The position numbers were made by a program, and so were the translations under genes. DNA of 62,870 nucleotides, the filler included, from Sphacelaria rigidula (taxonomy: Eukaryota), in assembly GCA_964200075.2 (NCBI GenBank). It is 10 parts of 10 records of this genome, joined end to end, with 100 filler letters (N's around TTAATTAATTAA, not from the genome) between each part and the next. Parts side by side here need not be neighbours in the genome. Positions count along the whole stretch, not along the records: positions 1 to 6,197 come from CAXNAA020021578.1; positions 6,298 to 12,494 come from CAXNAA020021579.1; 8 more parts are not named here. One strand, 5' to 3'. Under the pieces are notes generated by a model that searched no databases, was not told where the DNA came from, and saw nothing but the letters and a program-made list of their open reading frames with translations. The stretch's first letter is position 1, and each line of letters opens with the position of its first letter. Positions 1 through 12,423 of this stretch are shown here, one piece after another.

Positions 1-53
1 ATCGAGGGACACGGTTCCGATATCGAGAAGGATGAGATGAAAAACTGCAATGC

Positions 54-248
54 GTGAGAGGACCGCGTGCTTAGAGGACCGCATCGGAATGTGAACACCC
101 CTATGGTTAGGGTTGGGGTTAGGCGTAGTGTTGGGGTTCGGGTCAGGGGCGCGGTACCTCCAAGGACTGACCCGATTGGTTTCGAAAAGCGTTGATCCTG
201 AGGTGTTTTGACCTAGGGCGCGGTCCTCTAAGCACGCGGTCCTCTCAC
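54..248. mobile_element. MITE-like element with 29-bp perfect inverted repeats and telomere-like interior
   Basis: GTGAGAGGACCGCGTGCTTAGAGGACCGC (54-82) is the exact reverse complement of 220-248; the interior contains GGTTAGGGTTGGGGTTAGG. Confidence 0.7.
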
Positions 249-2639
249 ACATTACAAAACACCGTTTGTAGGGTACCGCAGATGACGGTCTTGATCACCG
301 CACGTAGTATTTTGACTACCCCTCACTTTATACCACTCTCGCGTGGTAAGTCTTTTCGGTTAATCTCGGCACCATGTTGGTCTCTACAGTACACTACTGC
401 AGGGATGCATGTCTTTGTATGATCCCCCCTCCCCCCCCCTCCTCTCAACACAGCACCCCTTGGTGTTGGGTTTGGAGTCTCAGTAACGTATCACGTGGGG
501 ATCATAGGTATACACCGTCCAGCTTCGGTGCATCGAACTATGTTGGCAGCGGCGATGGAAGATGAGGAATGAGCGGACGAGCAGGTAGCTGTGCCCTGTA
601 TTCACGAGGGGAGGGCATGTGGGATAAAGTGAACACTTCAAATTCTCATGAACTACGAGTTTATGTTTCGCGAAGTGATGAGTGAGAAGACCATGCTCTT
701 ATCAGAACGGTTTGTCTTTTGGTTTCGACTGTGTTTGACAACCGACGCGCCCAAAACCCATCGCTTATTCTTTTCCCACTCTTCGTATGCATATCGCACG
801 CAACATCAAACAACATTTACAGCCACGCGATGACTAACCGCGGGCGCCGTGGCAAGCGGTCTAGTGCTTATCAAATGATGCTCCCATGTGACGGTTCTGT
901 CCTTCAAGAGATGAGGGGATGACCTGCAAGAAAACACTTGCCATGTGTGTGCATTCGTTTTGCCTGTTTCGAGTCCAGAGCGACTTCAAGTTCGAACAAA
1001 AAACACTGCTCTGATGGCGAATGGATACTTCGGAAAAATGTCAAGCTTCGATACTGGGTTCAAAATCCAAGACCGTGTGAGTAGGAAACGTATAGATGTA
1101 CGCCCGTTGCCTGCCGTCAGGCTAAGTCGGGAGGAACTGAGCGATCATGACGGTTAAACGCCCGCATCGCCTGCTGCTCTCACTATAACTGACATCGACA
1201 CACGGTTTTTCGGTACTGTGCTGAACTGAGCTTTGCTCCAGCTGCACTGTACAGCGTACCATTACTGGCTCGTGCTTGGGCTGCTGTACTGTCCACCACA
1301 GGCTCATGGTTTGATGGCTCAGTTACCTCTATTCTCACATATAACAGGGCAGTGGTACGGATTCTGTCGACGTGCCCTTCGTCCTGTCAAGTTGCACTTC
1401 TTGTTTTGTTGCTTCATATTCTTTGGCGGTGAGTCGCCACGTTTTTTCATGTTCGACCCCTCCTGTAGGGTGTATAACGTGGTTGGCTAAAAGACGATGG
1501 AACTGAGGAAATAAAAGGATTTACCCTCTGAGTGATTTTTCTTTTCTCCGCGGCATTCCTTCGCCTCCAATCATTTTTGATAGGATGTGCTCTAACACTG
1601 ACCAACCTCCAAAATACATTTTGCGAGAGCACAAAAGATGGACGGAGTTGTAACGGTGGTGGGGGACGAATAAATTTGTAACTTGCTCGATAGTCAACGT
1701 GTGCACGAACCAATCATACGATTCGTACGAAAAACGCCATTTCCCATACGTTTTAGGCTCATGATTCAACGCAGGGTTTGACAAAAAATTATGGATTTGC
1801 TTCTGAAGATGAACCCTGAAAACCTCCATACACATTGAAATACTCTCGGAAACAAACTGCAATGCCCTATCCCGCCGTGATGTGTGGCCTCGCTCATCCT
1901 AGGAACAAATCATCCACAATATGTCAAATCCTGTCGTAACAGGCGATTTTGGCAAAAAGGATACGTGTTTAATACGGGAGTGCAAACACAGAGGTCGAAA
2001 CTGTTCGGTACAAACGCGGGGTTTTACGAATTGCCGATGGATTATTCTGAGGATAAGCGAGGCCACCCATCACGGCAGGAGAGTGCATCTGCATTCCCAT
2101 TTCGAAATTATTTCGATGCTCGTGAAGGTCTGAAAGGTTCATCCTCACAAAACGTTCATCCTTCTTTCGTAAAATCTCGTGTTATTCGTGCATGTTCCCG
2201 CGTGACATCCATGCGGTACACCGTCGAAAGCGGGGTCTTCACATCTGTGACTCATGTGGTATCAGTCACGGGTAATTACCCCCCACCTGTGATTCTTGCG
2301 GCAAAAATCATAGCTTCATGTTTTCCACCTTGCACAGATATGCCATGAATCATACGTATATGATTTCATACCGTTCATTCATGCTGCATCAAGCGTAGGT
2401 AGTATACCTTTTTCACCTGGCATTCATCCGGCCTGAAAAGTACGTACATGTTTCCCGCCTGCTATTCGTATGGTATAAATCATATGGACATGTTTCCCAA
2501 CCGTTATTTGTATCGCATAGCCCCTACGTACGTGTTTCTCATACTAATTCATACAGCATGGATCATGAGTACATGTTTCCTACGCGCGATTCTTGCGAGA
2601 TACATAAAATTGATATTTTCCCCCAGCAGTGACAATACG

Positions 2640-5040
2640 TGATGACTCTTCGGCACATGAAGCACGCCGAACGTTCGTGAGGAGGCAACCCGTGTGAACT
2701 TTAGTACGTCCGGCCCTTGAAGCGCAACCTTACCATAGCCCTGGTACAGTACGGTCGGTAGAGTCTCTGCCGTTCCTATCAAGCGTAAGAGCGACACAGC
2801 ACCCCACTGGCGTAACCGTGACTGTTTTCCAGCTTTGAACCACGCAGTGTTGTCAGCTGAATGAAGAGTCCGATTTCATAGAAATGTAAGATATGCAGCG
2901 GGATATGGATTGTAGTCGTTGTACTATCTTAGGCAGTTGAAGTGAGCTAGCATATATTTTGACATTTTTCAATTTTCTCAATTGTTGGAAGTTTCACCGT
3001 GTTCTGACGATAGCTTGGCCACCAAATCCCACCCGTTAGCGTCGCCACCTTGTGGACTTTGGGCGAGATGTCAACGGCGTAGAACCTATCCATACCGCCG
3101 TTGTCGACTTCGTTGTGGACGCTGTTATCATGGATGGTGAGGGCCTTTTGTATCCTCAGCGGAAAGTCATATGCACAAAATGACGTATGCATGTCCCACC
3201 GATGATATGATCACCGTATCGACACTGGGGAAGAAACACGTGCGGCCAAATAGGCAGGGTTACCCTCGAAGAAGTAACCACTAACAATGTTTTCGTGAGA
3301 TTGAGAGTAGAGCGTTGATTGAGGGTGGGCTTGTTCATTCGCTTCAACTTGACCAATTTCACATTCTCTGGGTACTTTTCTTTGCCTGTTACACTTGCGT
3401 GTGCTTATAGCTACCCATCGGTATCCTACTCAGGGATATCAAGGGCTTCAGTGGCAAGAAACTGCAGAGAGCATATCGGGTCTCATGGAGGGGCATTTCG
3501 GAACTGAAACTGTTCATTCAGTAATTGACCACTTTTCATTCTCAATCGTATCCTCTACTTTCAATCTCACGAAAAAGCTGTTCACTGCCATAGTGAAGGC
3601 ACACCGTTTGCCTTGTCTCAATGTCGAACATAAGGTTCCCTCAGCGTTCATATCTAGTGGAAAGCAGGCGACCACGCGGACACGCCACTTCGACTCGCTC
3701 AGTCTGCGGTTCAGCGTACACTCCAAGCTAGGGCCTAAAAGTAGGTCATTTCGGTGGATTCCAGCATTCTACCCTCCTTATCTGGTTTCGGAACCTTATT
3801 TCTACATCTCATACAAATTCCATACAAATTGTGATACCTCGTTGTCATTTATAGCTCCGAGTGTGTGTTGATCCGTGGACTACGCGAATCGAAGGGGCGC
3901 GTCCGCGTGGCCACAGGCTTCCCAGAAAATGTGAACGTTGAGGGACCCTAGCGTTGGATGCTCCTCGCGTTCATCCATGTTCAATAACTCCTCTCCTATC
4001 TGCCCAAATTTGGCACAGAGTTGTTGAAAGTGACGCGAGATCGTCATGACATTGGTCATGAAGGGTCTCGAGATTAGGAGCAAGTTTTGTTCAAAAAGGT
4101 TACGCCCTGTCTATCGAGACAGAAGAAAAAGCGACAAACGAAACCAGCGTCCAAAAGCAGCACGTAAAGTGATTGAGCCTGTTTAAACGCTTCTTTTCCG
4201 TGTCTCCATAAGACACGGCCTGAAGCCCTGTTTAATTGAGACAAGAACAAAATGGAGGAGAAAAGAGACGAGGGTCCAAACGCAGAGCGTTGGTTGTTCG
4301 TCGGACGGGTCCTTCAGAGAGTTCCAGTCTGATTGGTTGTCATAAAGCACAAGTGCATCACGCCTGGCGCTATCTCTTGCTCATCTAACCACAGCGCTGC
4401 TTGTTTCACGGCTATCCGTTGGGTGTGGGAAGAGGGCCGGCCGCGTTTACGCAGCAAAAGTTTGCTCAGGCCCCGTCTTATCAAGAGAACACTTTTGAAG
4501 GAGAGCTTTGATTTTGTTCATGATTGTGACTGTTGACACTTTTTATCGTTGATTCGTTCAAGGCTGGTGCCATATGCTTCAAGCCTTTCAAACAAAGTTC
4601 AAAATGAATCATCAAGTAGGGAACAACCCGCCGAGCATGCGAAACGCAACGCATATTGGTTGCGATGCATGGGTCGTTCGGGTCATCATGGGACCTGGGG
4701 CACACACCAGAAGTGCACAGCTATCTGTTGGGGGTGTGCCGTACTGGTCTGGTCCCGTGTTGTCACGATGTCACGTTCTCATACTGGGGAAGGTTTTCTC
4801 CTTAAATGAAGATGGCGGGTGATTTCTGATGATGATGAGGTTTTGAACAGTACCGACCATGTATATCCGAAATAATTTCGGTGAAACTTCTTGTCTCATT
4901 AAGACACGACCTCGAGATGAAGTCATTGACCGTTCTGGGTATTGTAGGATCGGTAATTACGGGACTGTCTTGTTTCAGACTTCTCCGACTTTTGCGGATG
5001 AAAATATTCCATCCCCGAAAAAATGCGAGGAGATTTTCAA
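2640..5040 (-). pseudogene. Possible highly decayed hAT-like transposase
   Basis: Colinear weak motifs across frames: MRCVSH (CxxH-like), VLYDNQSDWNSLKD (D..TRWNS-like), KVATL, and DNTAWFKAGKQSRL (hATC WW-K-like). Many stops, frameshifts and inserted repeats. Confidence 0.3.
3281..3510 (+). repeat. Dispersed repeat; second copy at about 24480-24712 (-)
   Basis: Shared blocks TTCGTGAGATTGAGAGTAGAG, TATCCTACTCAGGGATATCAAG and ATTTCGGAACTG in the same order on different contigs. Confidence 0.8.
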
Positions 5041-5173
5041 GTAGGGGTGCACTTTCCAGCTCAAACGTTTTTTGAGACTGCACAGTCAGGTCCAGATCTT
5101 TGTCATCGACAGGCTCCGCAAGTACAGAGCGTCAGAAACAAATTTCACACCCCTACCGTAGAAGCACTCCGTG
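5041..5173. mobile_element. Truncated MITE of the CACGG...CTACGGTAGGGGTGCAC family
   Basis: GTAGGGGTGCAC ... CACCCCTACCGTAGAAGCACTCCGTG; related copies at 9265-9526, 16143-16407 and 46812-46970. Confidence 0.65.
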
Positions 5174-5493
5174 ACAGCAGATTTCTCCACCAGGGCAAGG
5201 AATGGAACAACTTAAGGCTCACTATGTATTACTCGGAGAATCCAGCCTTGAATTTCATTCAAGGCAATTAATTTTCAAAAAGTCGGAAACGTTGCCGAAA
5301 ATCTCGATAACCTCTGGAAAACCGGTTATTAATGACTCCTTGATGGCCGCTATTTGGCAGAAATTATCGTGTCCCATTCAGTTTCGAAACGATAGCTTCG
5401 AACCTAAAAACCTCGTACTCACTTGATCAATAGATACGGCTCGAGCCGTTCACTGTCTATCCTGAAACAGTGGAATCAGAAGTTTACAGCCGG

Positions 5494-5860
5494 TCGCCCC
5501 GGTGACTCAGTTGGGAACCTCAAAACCTTCTGACGGTTGGGTCGTGGGTTCGGATCTCGGAGCGATCAGGGATTTTTTCTCACACAGCGTCCAACAGTGG
5601 AGAGCGAATATGTCGTGGGTACACAAAATTCGACTTAATGACCGACGAGGCAAAGGGACTGCTTAACCCTTCTCGCGATGAAGAACGAAGGCAAGCACCG
5701 CAGAAGGAAGGTGGCGAACGAAAACAAACGAAAGAGAAAAGCTGCTGTGTTGGCCTTCTTCCTCCTGTATGACCCCGGCTGGTGCGCTCACATATACCGA
5801 AAGGTGTAGACCTACGTCCAGCGTAGATGGGACGACAACACACAAACACACACAAACACA
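5494..5860 (+). mobile_element. tRNA-headed (SINE-like) repeat
   Basis: Head 5494-5565 has TCGCCCCG/CGGAGCGA stem, A-box-like TGACTCAGTTGG and B-box-like GGTTCGGATCTC. Related heads at about 13540-13638 (-) and 13900-13979 (-); body motif GAATA(T/C)GTCGTG(G/A)GTA shared with 13490-13515 (-). 3' boundary approximate. Confidence 0.55.
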
Positions 5861-6136
5861 CTAGCGTATGCCTCTCAGGTCCGGGTTGTGTGTCAGGTGT
5901 GCCACACAGCAGGGGTCATCGCGCCGTTGGTTTATGTTGCCCCTCGTCGCAAACATACCAAAAGAGTCTCGGCAAATTGCCTGAATATATATAAGACATG
6001 TGGTTTTGAACAATCACCACCGCAAGACGAATAGCGCTGCGGTACCTGAAAAAAGTGCCGCCGCGTCTTTTCGTATTTTCGTGGGGGAGAGGGGGATATT
6101 GCGGCATCCAATGCATGTGCTTCCTTTGGCTTGGGT

Positions 6137-6197
6137 CCCTCCCCCCCCCCCCCCTCCCCCGTGCTCCGTCTCGAAAGGGATGCGTGGTCAATGGTCA
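6137..6197 (+). mobile_element. 3'-terminal fragment of poly(C)-associated LINE (subfamily A), cut by contig end
   Basis: C-run followed by GTGCTCCGTCTCGAAAGGGATGCGTGGTCAATGGTCA, matching 31876-31945 (-). Confidence 0.75.
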
Positions 6198-6297
6198 NNN
6201 NNNNNNNNNNNNNNNNNNNNNNNNNNNNNNNNNNNNNNNNNTTAATTAATTAANNNNNNNNNNNNNNNNNNNNNNNNNNNNNNNNNNNNNNNNNNNN
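6198..6297. other. Artificial contig-joining spacer (first of nine)
   Basis: N44 + TTAATTAATTAA (stops in all six frames) + N44. Identical spacers at 12495-12594, 18792-18891, 25089-25188, 31386-31485, 37683-37782, 43980-44079, 50277-50376 and 56574-56673; 10x6197+9x100=62870. Confidence 0.98.
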
Positions 6298-7276
6298 CAT
6301 ACACAGAAGGAGCGTCATGACTCGAGCGATAGGCAGGCGGCTTCTCCACCATTTCGGAGAAGGGGTTCCAAGAAGTCTATACAGTACAGCACGATTGCCG
6401 GGCCTATACAAGTCCTTTTTTTCATCCCGAAATTGAGGCAAAAGTGTGTGCCTTCGCACATACCTTCTGGGGGAACGGAAAGGTAGACATCCCGCGAAAT
6501 AGTGTTGGGAAGGTCGGGAGGGATGAGGTCGTGCATACGGGAGTCATTTTTCATGAATTTAGAGTCAGGGGAAGCGCGGCTTTCGAGTTGAACCTCATTT
6601 TTTTGTTCAACCCCATTTTCGAGAATGCACTGTTGTATGTAAAACCGACCCGACAGAAACATATTTGGGATCACAGTGACCCCCACGAGCAAGCGAACAG
6701 TGTTACATGGTCAGATATTTTTGCGTCCTTCGCCGTGGCGGTCGTGAAAATGTTGATCGGTCAATCGGGGGCCTTCAAATTATTCTGAAATCTGAAGAGC
6801 GAATTCCCGACTCAATTCGCACCCGATGTCATCACGGTTCAAACCTTAGTAACCGCCATCAATCAGGGGGAATCCAACTAAAAAACACATGAAAAAAATG
6901 GTGTGTATGGGATCGAGTTATATCCCAAACCCTGATTTTTCGGTGACACGGGGTTTTGTCGTCGGATCCCCACTGACAGTATTCACTGAAGAACCGGAAG
7001 GCCTCTTGAAATTTCTCTTGTAAGTTTCGTAGAAAAGAGCTCTAATCTTCCTCAAATTTTGTGGTTTGGCAGATGTGGGTGCCACGAATGGGGAAAGAAA
7101 ATGAGAATGTTCCAAAGCTCATCCCATCTCCACCTGTTTCCGGGGTTTCTAGCGTGAAGGTCCACAGAAGCCGATACAGATTGCTTTGAAATAGAAAGCT
7201 CAGACTTGATTGACTCGTTCTGAGGTACTGTAGCTCAAGCAAGGGTTGCACATATTTTCGTTGCGTAATCCGAGAA

Positions 7277-7720
7277 AACACGGGATCTTACGAATTGGGG
7301 ATGGATATTTTATTGGGGGTAAGAAACCCGGAGAATTAAAATCTTCGTATCTACACCAAATCTTGGAAATATGGTCCCATTTTTTCACCTACTGATGGCT
7401 GTTGACAACTGCTACACGCCGTAGAAACTTGGATTTCGATCACCGAAATGTTAGGGTCCTAAATGAAGAACCAATTTTGAGGAATTCCGGGTGTCCGAAC
7501 GCACGCCAAAACGGTCCCGATTTTTTTTTCACCTAGGACCCTAAAATTTCGGTCATTAAAATCCAAATTTCTATGGCGTGTAGCAGTTGTCAATAGCTAT
7601 CAGTAGGTGAAGAAACGCGACCACATTTTGAAGATTTGATGTGGATACGGAGATTTTAATTCTTCGGGTTTCTCATTCCCAATAAAAGATCCATCCCAAA
7701 TTTGTGGAAGATCCCGTGTT
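7277..7720. mobile_element. Foldback/palindromic MITE (about 440 bp, arms about 190 bp)
   Basis: AACACGGGATCTT...AAGATCCCGTGTT termini with arms complementary along their length; second copy at 43343-43773. Confidence 0.9.
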
Positions 7721-7797
7721 AAAAGCTGATCCCAAACGATTGATTTAAGCTGAAGTACGCGAGGAAAACGTCCGTACCGTCACGGGAATATATATAT

Positions 7798-8500
7798 CAA
7801 GGAGCAGAAGCAAATATACAAACCCGGTGAAGCCCTCGAGACTTTTCGGATTTTGTCGATCTTTGATCAATTTCTTGCGACGAAGTTGATGGAAAAATAT
7901 CCAGGAAAACAGGACAGTTTTCGAGGAAATGCCCTCCGTCATCTGAGGCCATCGGGACAGAGCGGGCAAGGAGCAAGTAAATATATAAACCCCGCAAAGC
8001 TTACCAAACTTTTCTGATTTCGTCAAGTGTTTATTGATCAATATCTTGCGACAAAATTATCGAAAAAATTAAGAAAAAACAGGATAATTTTCGAAAGGAT
8101 GCCCTCCGGCATCTGAGGTCATCGGGGCAGAGCAGGCAAGAAGCAGCAGTAAATATATAACCCTCGCAAAGCCCACCAGACTTTTCGGATTCTGTCAATT
8201 TTCATCGATCATTTTCTTGCAACAAAGTTAACAGAAAAATACCCAAAACATGATGACAATTTTTGGGAAAATGCCCTCCGGCATCTGAGATCATCGGGAC
8301 AGTGTGGGCAAGGAGCATAAGCAGATATACAAATCCCGCAAAGCCCACCAGACTTTTCGGGTTTTGTCAGTGTTCATTGGTCATATTTTTGTTACAAAAT
8401 TAGTAGAAAAAAACAGAACAAGGTTAATCGATCAATATCTCGCAACAAAGTTGACAAGAAAAAAATTATGAAAATTTTCGAAAAATAAAAGCCCTCGGGG
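7798..8500. repeat. Diverged tandem repeat, about 171-bp unit, about 4 copies
   Basis: ATGCCCTCCG recurs at 7929, 8099 and 8271; CATCTGAG.TCATCGGG.CAG and GACTTTTCGG also recur. Confidence 0.85.
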
Positions 8501-9264
8501 CGGTGGGGGGGGGGGTCACGTGTCCCAAAATCTTCTCCGCTCTGCCCCCTGGTACTGTACTAAAATCAGCTTCAACGCACAAACGGCCAATTGGTCATGA
8601 CCCCCCCCTCCTGGTACCCGGACATCTAGCGAGAAAAATCGAAAGACCTTATCCGTACAGCCCTTCCGAATACCTCAGAGCAATCGTACGCAAAATTTCA
8701 GGGTCTGACTCCGAAAAACGGCGGGGGCAATCGTTGAGAAATATATTCCTGTCGTTCACCCTGAAGCAGCCTGTGAATCATGTGCTCTCCCCCAGAAAAT
8801 TAGCTGAGTTGAGGAGTCAAAATCTACATGTAAACCAAAATGACAACATCCCGTGCTTGGGGTATCGTTTTCGCCGGTGTCGCTTATGAGGGCCTTAACC
8901 CTTTTTGGACCGACCCCTCACCAACACAGGGTTGACCCAAAAATAATGAAATTTATCGACCAGACCCGAGCGACCAGCGCGGGGATTCTTGTCGAGTGTT
9001 GAGCCGCTGCAAAGATCGTGTGGGGGCCGTTTCCAAATGCCGGGTGGTCGCAGCTTGGGTTTAAGCATTCCCGAGATTTTCCGTTTTCTTTAGGGTCGCA
9101 ATTTCACACTAAATCGTAGTAATTACACTGACACAGGGTGGAGCGGAAAACAAACGGAAATGAGTGTACATGCTACAATCAAGTCATTTTCACGAGGCAC
9201 TAAACCCAGGTGGGCCGTGGAAAGACGAAAGGAGCTACCGTCATGATTTCTGCTCATCCCTCTG

Positions 9265-9526
9265 CCGAGCAGTGCTACGATGGGGGTTGCACTTTTTGTT
9301 TCTGGGCCTCGTTTTAGTAGGAGCCCAAATATATGGGGCTTACTGTGCAAACCAAATCTCCGGGGACAGGACATGGAAATACACACAGGGGCCTTTTCGT
9401 GAATCGGCATCCTTTTCAGTCTTTTTCAAGTGAAAATAATGCCGATTCTCAAAATGATCCGGGCAACACCCCGAGAAACATTTTCGCTCAAAAAGTGCAC
9501 CCCTACCGTATAGCATCACTTTGCGG
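9265..9526. mobile_element. MITE, CACGG/GGTAGGGGTGCAC family
   Basis: GTGCTACGATGGGGGTTGCACTTTT ... AAAAGTGCACCCCTACCGTATAGCAT imperfect inverted ends. Confidence 0.7.
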
Positions 9527-9579
9527 ATGACTTGCAGTGTGCAGTTAACATGTATGTAGTGGGCGGGGATGAAGAAGCG

Positions 9580-12423
9580 TGTAGCCTCTGCCAGGCGATC
9601 TGGACAAAAGGACTCTCCACGAGGGACTCCTCCAGTAGCACTGGCCTCGTGCTCGACAAGTCCTTTCCTCTCAATTGTTATTATCACAGAGTGATCCAGA
9701 CATAGACCACATCATAAGCCAGACAGCAAGGGACCACGGAGATGAGGGCCATCAATCCAGGATCTCCTGTCCCCTGCCACCGCTCCAATCATGCATGCGA
9801 TAATACTGAAACCTACGGCTTGGTATTTGGCTACAGCACCCTCAAAGCGAGTTCAAGACAAACAAACGATATTCCTAAGCAACAAACCGAATGCCACCAA
9901 AACTGCGATGCATAAAGCAAGCCACACGGGGTTCACCGGATCGCAGCGGCGAGGCTTGGCCTTCACAGCCTCCTTCATTGGCTCCACGCGCGCTGGCGGA
10001 TCACCACGCAATGCACGACGAAATTTATGCACGTGACGAGCCAAAATATCGCGCAGACAATGTGCGTCATCGGCGCTCAGGCCCTTCATCTCGGCCTGCT
10101 GCACGCTATCCTCAAGTGTACGTTCTCTGGCACCTCTTTCCTCCGCTGGGTCCATAAACATGTCGGGCCCCCGATCGACCAAGCGCTCCACCGCTTCATC
10201 CGCAGGAGTCTCCTCCTCATTGGCGCTCTGAAATGACCGTATGGATACAATCACACGCCTTGCAACAAGGTAACCGGTAACTGGTGTCGCCCACGCCGGT
10301 TTGCACCGGCATAGCACGCCGGCGAAACTCATCCAACGCCAACGGGTACAGATCAACCCCGAGCTCCTTCATCGTCACCATCCCAACTAGAACCACGTTG
10401 TCCGTATCGGGCATGACAACGAACGTAATGGGCTGCAACTCCACAGCCCCCCACGGCGTACGCACGCTAACAGTAATCGGCATCGTTTTGTGTGTAACCG
10501 TCACGGGAGCACCCGTGGCGTTCTGTGCCGTTTGCGGTCCGCTTTCGAACGAAATCTGAAGCTTAGCGCCGCCAAACTGCGAAGAAATCTGCTCTAGCAA
10601 CCCCACACCGATCGACGTGAGCGCGGACCCAGAATCCAGAAAAATGCGGGCTATGAACGAACCCACAGAACCAGACAAGGATAAATCTGCGCGTAAGCAT
10701 TCAGCCTTACAATCGACATGTACCCCGCCTGCCGAAGAACCCTGTTCTGTACCAAGAGTCACCTGCCGCCAGGGCTGTCCTCCAGCACTTGGCATCGATA
10801 GCTGCGAATCGTCGGTCCAAGCAGACCAAGTCGCCGAATATGCAGGCGGCGCTGTTACAGCCGTCGCAGCAGTAGGGAATACACCAGACACGGATCCTGC
10901 CTGGCCGAGGGATTGCAAGCTATTCGCTCCAGAGCTCCCCACCAAAGTATTGCATTCCCCACGTACACTGTCCGCCCCGCTACGGACGAACCATAAGTTC
11001 CAGAGTCACCACCTGATGACGTAGTGGAAGAAATAGCAGCGGAGGAACCACCATCCGCCGCCGATTGCTTGCTACCGCGGCCGCTGCGCCCGCGTCCCTG
11101 GTTGGCACGGTCCCGTTCACCGTGACGACCGCCCCGAGATCCTGATGAATCTCGTGCATTGCCCTGCGCAGTGCCTTGAGCGCGAGGCTTGGGGCAGTCC
11201 TTGATCAAATGTCCGGTGTCGCCGCAGTTGTAACACGCGCGATTGGACGACTCTCGCGAAGACGGCTGCTGCTTCTGTAGCTGTCGCTGTTTGCGGCGAG
11301 CATTTCCTGCACTTGCCGCGGAATCGCGCCGGCTATGTGTCTCAAGAAATTTCCACTGGTTGGCGGCATCAAATGTATTATGAATACCACCGTCGAGTCT
11401 TTTTTCCAGGCGTCAACATACGTTGGTACACTTCTAACATACGCCTTGAATTCCAGAGGCGAAATCCCGTCCACCAAAGCTATGGAAACCGACTCGGCCG
11501 GGCCTGGCAACCAACTCCTTACCTCCGCACGGTACATGGGTTGCACCGTCAGGTTCTCTGCGAAAAACCTTTCCACAGCTGAACTGACCATCATCGCACG
11601 ATCCTTGACAGATTTCCCACCGCTTTTCTTCATTGTGAGTACCTTACGCAGGTCTGCTGCAGCCCGCGCAGTGTCATGCTTGCCGCCAGTTGTGGTCTAG
11701 CCGGCATGCTACTTCACAGTATCTAGCAATTCGTCGGGGTTCATAGCCCGACCGTCCTTGTACATGTCTTCAAATATATGTAGGGGTAGGTTGACCTGTG
11801 CCACGCTCTCATGCCTCATAACTCCTTGAGAATTAGCGAGATTCAAACGCTGTATGTGTTCAAGATATGCTGCGAAAAAAACGCGTGGTGCCTCCTCTGT
11901 CCCCACTTCGCCATACTTCGGCGGTTCTAGTGGCTCACCCGAAATCAGCGGCGCTGCCGCCGCTTGAGCCATATCGTCTATGCTTCAAACACTTCACGGA
12001 GATACTCTTGCCTGACTTGTGCCTCCTCCAGCTCACGGAGAGTCCCCCTCTGCTGGGCGCTTCAAGTTGTCTCTCTGTCTGCGGGCTAAACTGGCTTCCT
12101 GCTGCAGCCCACTTTCTCCTCAGCCAAATTCCTCTAACAGAGTGCCGGAAAAATAATATCTAGATATTATAGCCTCTGCCAGACGATCTGGACAAAAGGA
12201 CTATCCACGAGGGACTCCTGCAGTAGCACTGGCCTCGTGCTCGACAAGTCCTTTCTTCTCACTTGTTATTATCACAGAGTGATCCAGACATAGACCACAT
12301 CATGAGCCAGATAGCAAGGGGCCACAGGGATGAGGGCCATCAATCCAGGATCCCCTGTCCCCTGCCACTGCTCCAATCATGCATGCGAGCATACTGAAAC
12401 CTACGGCTTGGTATTTGGCGACA
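9580..12423 (-). mobile_element. Internally deleted Ty3/Gypsy LTR retrotransposon (LTR-gag-protease-start of RT-LTR)
   Basis: 256-bp direct repeats at 9580-9835 and 12168-12423 (TGTAGCC...GGCTACA; about 16 substitutions by manual count). Gag zinc knuckle CYNCGDTGHLIKDC near 11195-11236; protease FLDSGS near 10640; RT-leading LRGDPPARVEPM. Flanks AGCG/AGCA are a probable 4-bp TSD. Confidence 0.93.

Noticed and set aside
1447..1862. Harbinger-like or LINE-like coding remnants
   Set aside because: The resemblance is too weak and conflicts between frames.
6242..6253. TTAATTAATTAA recurring every 6297 bp as a biological periodic repeat or array
   Set aside because: It is embedded in fixed N-runs and is an assembly linker.
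6298..6800. Coding-looking minus-strand stretch (SRDVYLSVPPEG), perhaps Copia RT
   Set aside because: Only one or two vague motifs; cannot be supported.
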